From positions 57,742 to 77,741 of the forward strand of contig JNEM01013522.1 in assembly GCA_000697335.1 (NCBI GenBank): 20,000 nucleotides of DNA, read 5' to 3'. The translations under genes were made by a program, and so were the position numbers. Positions 12,273-20,000 of this stretch are shown here, piece by piece (positions within the stretch are counted from its first letter, which is position 1; every line of letters starts with the position of its first letter). The DNA comes from Conidiobolus incongruus B7586. Its lineage: Eukaryota. Under the pieces are notes generated by a model. It was not told the origin of the DNA. It made no database searches and was given only the letters and a program-made list of their open reading frames with translations.

Positions 12273-15200
12273 TATTATATATATTTTACATTAGCATAGA
12301 TACTACTCACACTTTAAGAAAAAACACCCCTAATTAAAAAAATCCCACTGTAAAGTTAGGTGGGAGTTTAAATGTCACTACTAATGTTAAACTAAAACTA
12401 ATTGGAGTAAAGTTATTTAGTTTAATGAAACAAAAATATACTTTAGTAGATTTGATAGAAAAGCTAGATATTTTAGAAAAGATGTAGAATTACTTTATAA
12501 CCATCATGTTAATTTTACCCAAAAGTATAGTAGTGGGTCAATTATTGTTTAGGGATGTATATTGTCTTTAGGTATAAGGTATCTTTATAAAGTTAATGGG
12601 GGAATTAATACTAAGATGTACTAAAGTATTTTAAACAATGAATTGAAAAAAACCATTAAATAATATAGGTTAAACAAATCTAATGTTATTTTTTAATAAG
12701 ATAATGCTTTTTGCTATACTACAGCTTCTACTATTAAATAGCTTAAAAATAACAAGATAACAGTTATAAAGTGGCTTCTTTAATCTCCTAACCTTAATCT
12801 AATTGAACACTTTTAGGATCAGTTAAAAAAAGTTATTAAAGTTTTCCCTCTAGTAAAAAATTTAGATCAACTTTAGGAATATGTTCAAGAAGTATAGAAC
12901 AAGATTAACCCTTTTTAGTGTAAGAAGTTAGTTGATTCTATACCCCACAAACTTAAAAAAGTTAAAAAAGCTAAAGGTAGATACACTAGGTTTTAATTTT
13001 TTTTATCACTAAAAACCTACAAATTTATAACTCACCTTAGGTAAAATTTAAGTGTTTATATTTTAGCCAATTAATAGCTAAATATCATCATTTAATGATA
13101 TATATAACTAATAAATATAATAGATTTTAATTATTTAATTTATGTTTATTTTATTAAATATTAATTAAGTTATTAGTAAAAATATAGGTGTTTTTGATTT
13201 TATGACTCACTTTTGTAAGTTAGTGTAGAATAGCTTTTTTAATCTTTTAACTTTAATTTAATTAGATATTTTTAAGATTAATTAAAAAAAACTATTAAAG
13301 TTTTCTCTTTAATAAAAGATTTAAATCAAATTTAAAAATATATTCAAGAAGTATAGAATAAAATTAACCCTTCTTAATATAAGAAGTTAGTTAATTTTAT
13401 ACCCTATAAACTTAAAGAAGTTAGAAAAGTTAAAGGTAGATACACTAAATTTTAATTTTCTTTTATCATTAAAAACCTACAAATTTATAACTAATCCCAG
13501 GTAAAATTTAAAAGTTTATATTTTAACTAATTAATAGCTAAATATCATTATTTAATGATATATATAATTAATCAATATAATAGATTTTAATTATTTAATT
13601 TATGTTTATTTTATTAAATATTAATCAAGTTATTAGTAAAAATATAAGTGTTTTTGATTTTATAACTTACTTTTGTAGGTTAGTATATTATTTAAATTAA
13701 CTATTTATCACTAATTAAACTATTTTAAAATTAAGTGAGAAATTATTTAAAACCTAATAAAATTTAAAAAATTAATTTTAATTATTATCTATTTAATTAT
13801 TCATAAAGTTAAAAAACTATTAAAGAACTTTAATATTAGTTATTAAATATATTTTATAATTTAAACTTAAATTAATTAGATAAAAATTTAATATAAATAC
13901 CTTATAATTTAACTAAAGTTAAAAAAAGGTAAAATAAATATTATTAAATAAAACCTATCAAAGTATATTTAAAAACTAAAGCTTTTATAATAAATCATTA
14001 TAATTAATAAATTTCAAACCTTTTTATATAATATTTCACTAAAATATAAATCAAGATATTAAATTAATATAAATTAATTAATTTTTTAAATTTTTTTAAA
14101 TATATATTTTATTTATAAAAAATATTAATTATTATAATAAATTATAATTTTATATATTATTCTTATTTAGTTTTCAAAAATAAATTAATTAATAGTAAAT
14201 TCCATATTAATTTTTTAAACAGAATTATATTTAAATGGTATTTTTAATATAATAAGATAATTTATTATTTTAAATAATAATTATAAAATATATAAAGTTA
14301 GAGTTTTAAAAAACTTTCTAATTAAGAATAATTAAAAAATACCATATCTAGTATATTTTTGAAAATTTTACCTATATAATTTTAATTATTTTAAGTAATA
14401 AAAAATTACCTTATATGAAAAAAATTTTATAAAAAAATTTAATTAATTTATAAATAACAAATTTTAGTTTTTAATAAATAAACTATTTTTTAACTATTAA
14501 AAATTTATCAAAAGTATAGCAAAATGTTATTAATAATAAAAAAATAATATTAATTTTATATTATATATTTAATTTTATATATTATATTTTAAAATATTTA
14601 TTTTTTTTCAATAATAAAAAATTTTTATTTTTAAATCTATAAAGTAATATTATTGGGTAATTTATATTTTTATATTAATAAATTTTAAACAAATTCAATT
14701 TTTATAATAATTTATATTTAAAATATAGAATATTATGAGAATCACAATATATCACTTAGTATTCTGAATTTCAGCAATAAAAATTTCAATCTATTAATTT
14801 ACCAGTTTATATAGTTATTATTAATTTGATTAATATTTATTATTAAATTAAATTTCACATTAATAAAATATTTTAATATTAAATAAGTTTGTTCAAAATA
14901 AAACCTCTTTTGTAATTCAACTGGGTTTTTTATAAGTTATTTTTGAAACTATATATTTGAATATTATTTTATTATTAATTTAATATTCATAATATTTAAA
15001 TATAAAACTTTAAAAGTTATTTAAAAAAATACCAAATATGTAAATAACAAAAATCTATATTGATGTGAGTATTCTTATTGATTAAATAATTCTTAATTAA
15101 AGAGTATTATTTGACATATAAATTAAACCTAATCAATAGATATGATTAAGGTCTAATTTTATCATACTTGTTTATATTTAAAATTAATAATATTATGATT

Positions 15201-15890
15201 AGTATGTTATAAAAGGATTATTTGTTAACAAGTAATTACATAATTTCATTTGATTATTATTTAATGGATTTTATGGAAATCTTCAATTTGATCATTGTAC
15301 AACATTCAAAAGAAACTCTTTTTTAACATTTAGATCGGATTATGGTAATTTCTAATCGAGTTAATGATTTAGTGTTATGTGAAAATATTTTAAGCAACTC
15401 TTTTTTAAAAAAAACAATATCATTACTTATTTTAGGATGATATATAAATCTATCATTAATAAAGGTAGAGAATTAGTGTTAATATATAACATTTTCCAAT
15501 ATTAATCAAATATCAAAATAGGATCAAAAATGCATTTTAGAAAATGATCAAATATTCAAATTATATAATAAGTGATTGATCATTTAATTATTCATCAATA
15601 TAAAAACAATGAACCCAATAAAGTATAGGTTTGCAATGTTAAATTAACAGTCCTGTCAGCTGGAAGTGTTTTATTAAATCAATAAAATGATGATAACTAG
15701 TTTTTAGAAAATTTGAAAAAAAATAATCAATTTTGGAAAATATCATTGAAATTGGTAATGAAGTATGAAATGGTCCAGATAAAAAATTTTATACAGTTAA
15801 TCTGTGTAGATAGAAATGAAATACTGGGTATAAATAAAGAGTTGTAATCCTTTAAATCAACGGTGGGCATATGATCACAAAGCAATTCAT

Positions 15891-18090
15891 TTAAGAGGAT
15901 ATATCTTGAGAGTCGCTCTTGTTGCGCTCTGGAGAAGTTGAGCTACCACTAGATGATTTGGCATATTTAATACCACATGAGTTACATAGAGTACCAGGTC
16001 CATCGGGTCCCTTACGCCATTCAGGTGAGTTCTTACGCAAGCAATGGGCACAGATACGTTCAACATCATTAGCCATGCGATGTTTCTTGGTCTTGGGCTT
16101 AGTTCTAGCTTCATACTGCTCAAGTTCCTCCTTGAGCTTTTTGTTGGCCAGACGAAGTTGATGAAGCTCAAGTTGCCATGTTGTGCTTCTCTCTGGATCC
16201 AATATATCGAACATATTATCATCTTTGGTAGGTGGAGGAAGGTTCTGAGGTGAAGGAACTGAGTTGGTATTTGTCGAATCAATCGATTCATCTCCAGATT
16301 GGGAAGCACTGCGACTAGAAGAATTGCCACTAGAATTAGTGCTTGAGGAAGATGCAACAGGTCGAAATTGGCATAAGATGAAAGCTGGTTTGCCATTATT
16401 AAAAACATCACCTGGATACATAGTGCTGACCATATTGACATAAGTTCCTTTCCCACTTCTCAGATGATGGTTAATTCGAACTGCAATACCTTCTCTAGCC
16501 TGGTGAAGAGCTCTAGTGAGAGAAGTGGTTTTATCAGAACGAGCAAATTGATACATGGAGGTTCCAACGAAATCTTGAGGATCCATGTCCAATGATTCTT
16601 GACAACCAGAGGTGACATATAGGAACATGCCATCAAGAGACAATTTGGACCAAAATTCACCTGGAACAAATCCACCATTGTTGACAACGGCATTCATTGA
16701 AAGTTGGTATAATGGACGGATCCTTCCGCTTAAAATCAAGAATTTACGGCTCTTACTCTTGTCAACATACAAGCGACCAAGAGATTCCATCCACAAGTAG
16801 TGACCATTTTTATGACGGATTCTATACACTAGAGAAAAAGGATCACTACTGTCAGCAGCATCTTTAAGTTCTCTGAGCATTGGTGTATAGTCGCTGGGAT
16901 GGCAATATTGACTAATAGAATTACCAACCAAGTCCTCGGGAGAGTACCCAAGAAGTTTTTGAGTACTGGGAGAACTAAACAAAAATACACCTTTGATAGT
17001 GAGGACATGGACAAAATCATCACAATGATTGACTAAAATTTGATTCCAAATAATATAGCTATTTTCGTCTCTTGGGCGGCCTACAATGGATTCATAAATA
17101 TCACCCGGACGCAATGATGAAGCGGCCATATTGGCGAAGAGAGAGTGGCCAGACATGTTAGGAGGTGATATTTGTTGAGGTATAGTGATCTGGGAGTAGT
17201 TAACAGCATAAGTGCCATCCTTCATACGAGCCAAGATAGCATTTGGTTGTTCAACCAAATCCTAGATTTTTATTAGTCAAATAATCGAAATTGAAGTCGG
17301 AAAAATAACAAAAACTTACCACTTGAAGACCAATAAAGAAAGTAATTTCATCTCCAATACTAATAGGAATAACGGTAACCAAATTCATAAATGGAGTACC
17401 ATCCTTTTTGTAATTAACCAAAGAGATTTGGTGTTCTTTTCCATGAACAATTCGAGATTTCAACTGGTGAACTGCAGAATTATCAGTGTACCTACGACGC
17501 GAACCTAAGGTAACGTGACCGTTAGGAGCTTGCAAGAAACGACAGTTACGACCGACAGTTTCGGGGACGGTGTAGCCTGTCAACTTTTCAAAATTGGGAC
17601 TTGCATAAAGGATAGGAAAGTCATATTTTCTAGCATCAACAACTAAAAAAGCACAGCTTAAATCGACTGGACCCAATTGAATTTGTTTGTTAGGACGGTC
17701 TGCAAGCCTTGCTAATAAACCAAATAAATCAAAACCTGAACTGGAGTAAATGCCGGGAAAAGCATCGAAATTGGAGGTGGGAGAAGGTTGAGTAGCATTT
17801 ACTGCAGGTGGAATTTGGGGAGGTAATTCAGCAGTAGGAATTTGGTGTTGTAGGGGTATTGTAGGTTGGTTAAGCTGAGCAGGATCGATACCCATATTCA
17901 TCGTTTCAATTGGATTAGAATCCATTTGAAATGTCTGAGAAGCTAGGTCACTAAAATGAATATTGTTTAGAAATTAAATTAACATAGTTTATAAAGAAAA
18001 ATACTTAGGTAAATATTGGGTACTATAGTACAATGAAGTATCTTGAGTAGTAGGCTGTGAAGCGTAGGAATAGGGAATTCCTTGATCCAT
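15891..18090 (-). CDS. wc-1: White Collar-1 / MadA-type blue-light photoreceptor transcription factor; exons 18090..18005, 17950..17320, 17261..15891; 695 aa
   Basis: LOV domain with the photoactive cysteine (GRNCRFLQ) and NYKKDGTPFMN. PAS-B (SQYCHPSD...YRIRHKNGHYLWMESLG), PAS-C (EFWSKLSLDGMFLY), TTWQLELHQLR coiled coil and a C-X2-C-X18-C-X2-C GATA finger. Splicing two GT..AG introns gives one continuous frame and restores GLQV|DLVEQPNAIL, typical of WC-1 proteins. Confidence 0.96.
17262..17319 (-). other. wc-1 intron 2 (58 nt, phase 0)
   Basis: GTAAGT donor, GACTAAT branch-like site, CTAG acceptor; joins ORFs 17251..17925 and 15891..17258 in frame. Confidence 0.95.
17951..18004 (-). other. 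wc-1 intron 1 (54 nt, phase 2)
   Basis: GTATTT donor, CTAAAC branch-like site, TTTTAG acceptor; joins MDQGIPYSY...QYLP(N) in frame to DLASQTFQMDSNP. Confidence 0.8.
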
Positions 18091-18388
18091 TTTAATTATT
18101 TAAAAAATAATAGAAACTAAATCAAAATAGTTTTTAACAATATATGTAATTAAAAAAGAGCTGACTCTGTAAAACTAAATAAGCCTTAATAAACTAAAAA
18201 ATCAAGACAAAGTTCAATGTTGCAAATTGGTAAGTGAAAGGAATGAGTGCAATTTATATAATATTTAATGTCTTTATGGTAAAATAGGCTTTTCAAATAA
18301 TTTTACTATATAGAATTCAGGGGTTTTCAAAAATAGAGTTTAACTCAAAGATAATGAAATTTTGTGACAATCCTTTTCATCACAGTAA

Positions 18389-18515
18389 AATCGAAATTAT
18401 TTTTTAGATCGTTAAATACAATTTGTTGGATCGATACAATTTCATTTACCAATACTTATTTGGATTCGTTGATTTGTGATTAGATAATTTTGTTTCTAAA
18501 TTTGGCTATATCGAT
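18389..18515. promoter_or_regulatory. Cluster of GATCG/ATCGA motifs upstream of wc-1, candidate light-response element
   Basis: AATCGA (18389), GATCGT (18407), GATCGAT (18429), GATTCG (~18463) and ATCGAT (18510) within ~130 bp of otherwise CpG-poor DNA, 300-425 bp upstream of the ATG. Confidence 0.3.
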
Positions 18516-19630
18516 TAATAGAAATTATCAGAGTTTATTAATTTTGCTTACAAATTTCATAAAAATATAGCTGCAATATGTTATAAAGCTACAAAAGAAT
18601 AATTCAAATAATATTATGTTTGGAAATGTGTACTGCCAAAGTATGAATATATTTTATTTTATAAATCAATATTTCTTTATTCATTCAATATTAATAATAA
18701 ATTTCAAATCAACGTAAATATAGTAAGCTAAATAAATCCAAATTTATCCACTATGGCTCCTGATTAAACCTAATTTGCAAGTCAAACATCAATTAATTCT
18801 TGATAACCTTTTAAATTTCTTAACCAATAACCATATAAAACATAACTGAGTCATTCACAAATATTTGTCCTAATTATCAAATCAAACTCGTTGAAGAAAT
18901 AAAGAATCAAGTCGAATTTTAGGAAAATTTCTCAAACTTTATTTATTAATTATCCCTTATTTTCATTTAACCAAATTAAAATATAAATTAAAGTTATTAA
19001 TTGTTAATAAATCTAAAAAATGGTTTGACACCATATAATTTAATTCAATACGAACACGGTTAGACAGTGATATTACCTAATTTGTTTGCAAATGAAATAT
19101 GTATAACTAGTTTATTCTACATTAATTTATATCTGACAATCAATATTGTCTTATATTATTCTTTTGTTAATTCAAAGTAATAAACATTATTGCTTTATTT
19201 AATATTCAATTAAAAATTTACATCTGAGTCATTTTTTCAATGGTGCTACTATAAATAAATGAATCATTAAATCTAAATCAATAATTATATTCAATATCAT
19301 CATTTAGTATAAATGATTTATAAGTAATGACAATATTATGATAAGTTAATTTTAAGAGATGAAAATTATAACTAATCAATTAATAAAATCAATGCTTCAT
19401 AATAGAATTTTCCATCATTTTTTTAGGTTTTAATCCACTAATATAATATCAATATTAATCAATATGAAACTTATTATTTACATTCACTTACAAATAGAAT
19501 AGATATATAATATATTTACCAAGTATAATGATATAAATAAAGAGTATTGTATTATTTAGATATTAGAAATATTTCATTACTCAAAAAAATAATTTTAAAC
19601 AGTAAATGGTAATCTTATATTTATAAGATA

Positions 19631-20000
19631 TTACTCTAAATTTTTAATAATGGGAATTTTTTGTAATTCAAAATAAATAAATATTTTAATATATAATATA
19701 TAAAAATAAATATATAATATAAATTTAATAGTTTTTTTTATTATTAATAACTTTTTGTTATACTTTTAACAAAAATCTAACACTTAAAAAATAATTCTTT
19801 TTATTAAAGATTAAAATTTGATATTTCATAAACCAATTAAATTTTCTTATAGAAATTTTCTTCCTTGTAAGCTGGTTTTTTAATTATCTAAAGTAATTAT
19901 AATTATATAAGTTATAATCTAAAGAATATACTAGATGTAGTAGTTTTTTCTAGTTATTTTTAATTAGAAAGTTTTTTACAGCTTTAAATTTATGTATTTT
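19631..20000 (-). mobile_element. Degenerate mariner copy (right TIR and transposase C-terminus), runs off the window
   Basis: TA|TTACTCTAAATTTTTAATAATGGGAATTTTTT terminus. The reverse complement aligns with ~11905..12272 and translates as ...QLTRKKISIRKFNWFMKYQ...V*QKVINNKKNY*. Confidence 0.9.

Larger units (their letters stand above)
10659..12996 (+). pseudogene. Tc1-type DD34E transposase pseudogene, interrupted by mariner 10954..12272
   Basis: Manual translation: (M)PKSLSKK...WSKVI*FNETK (= W.KVIWSDETK) ... GSIIV*GCI ... VIF**DNAFCYT (= FQQDNA..H) ... KWLL*SPNLNLIEHF*D (= WPPQSPDLNPIEHLWD) ... KAKGRYTRF*. There are 34 residues between the second D and the E. Confidence 0.9.
10333..13225 (+). 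mobile_element. Inner degenerate Tc1-family element inserted in a copy of its own family, ~1.57 kb without the nested mariner
   Basis: TA|CACTAACCTACAAAAGTGAGTTATAAAATC at left and ...GATTTTATGACTCACTTTTGTAAGTTAGTG|TA at right. The flanks rejoin as GTT ATA GAA TAG..., the start of the WPPQSPDLNPIE-type motif of the outer copy. Confidence 0.92.
9220..13685 (+). mobile_element. Outer degenerate Tc1-family (DD34E) element, ~1.57 kb once the nested insert is removed
   Basis: TA|CACTAACTTATAAAAGTGAGTTATAAAATC at left; inverted copy ...TTACTTTTGTAGGTTAGTA|TA at right. The flanks rejoin into continuous mariner sequence. 9220..10332 plus 13228..13685 is collinear with the inner Tc1 copy. Confidence 0.9.
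8917..14647 (+). mobile_element. Outermost degenerate mariner element, split by a Tc1 insertion (own sequence 8917..9219 plus 13688..14647)
   Basis: Left end TA|TTAACTTAGATTTGAAAAAATAGGAAATTTTTT; right end ...TTTAAATCTATAAAGTAA|TA. 8917..9219 aligns with 10954..11256 and 13688..14647 aligns with 11257..12272, apart from a ~36-nt deletion near 13815. Keeps start ATG CTT AAA at ~9106. Confidence 0.9.

Noticed and set aside
8917..14647. Mitochondrial insertion, alternative genetic code or simple tandem duplication as the explanation for the AT-rich, stop-filled region
   Set aside because: Stops fall at Trp/Gln/Arg positions of recognisable transposases and differ between copies; nearby genes use the standard code; TIR and TA junctions explain the duplicated blocks.
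15289..15880. Several GATCA words downstream of wc-1
   Set aside because: Short, irregularly spaced and plausible by chance in AT-rich DNA.
15887..17508. Alternative-frame and antisense ORFs overlapping wc-1 (189, 80, 69, 77, 62, 64 and 61 aa)
   Set aside because: Shadow ORFs of a GC-richer coding region with no recognisable motifs.
17251..17925. Separate short LOV-only (VVD-like) gene next to a PAS-GATA (WC-2-like) gene
   Set aside because: A canonical 58-nt intron joins both ORFs into one WC-1; the tail VSFCYFSDF... is translated intron.
1..20000. CRISPR arrays, tRNA or rRNA genes
   Set aside because: No regularly spaced repeats or recognisable structural RNA seen; the context is eukaryotic nuclear DNA.

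Overview
Very AT-rich eukaryotic DNA with short GT-AG introns, most likely from an early-diverging (zygomycete-grade) fungus; Entomophthoromycotina/Conidiobolus-like is my inference, not shown by the sequence. There are two intact genes on the minus strand: an intronless F-box-like/leucine-rich-repeat protein (465..1847) and a three-exon White Collar-1/MadA blue-light photoreceptor transcription factor (15891..18090, 695 aa; LOV, two PAS domains, GATA zinc finger). A decayed paralog of the F-box/LRR gene lies at ~6780..8093. The AT-rich middle, almost invisible in the ORF track, resolves into a four-level nest of DNA transposons, each flanked by TA: mariner (8917..14647) contains Tc1 (9220..13685), which contains a second Tc1 (10333..13225), which contains a second mariner (10954..12272). 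Two more mariner copies lie on the minus strand (3407..~4650 and 19631..window end). All copies are destroyed mainly by C>T/G>A transitions with reading frames still nearly collinear, and damage is graded by nesting age. This is a RIP-like, repeat-restricted hypermutation signature, notable if the host lies outside Dikarya.
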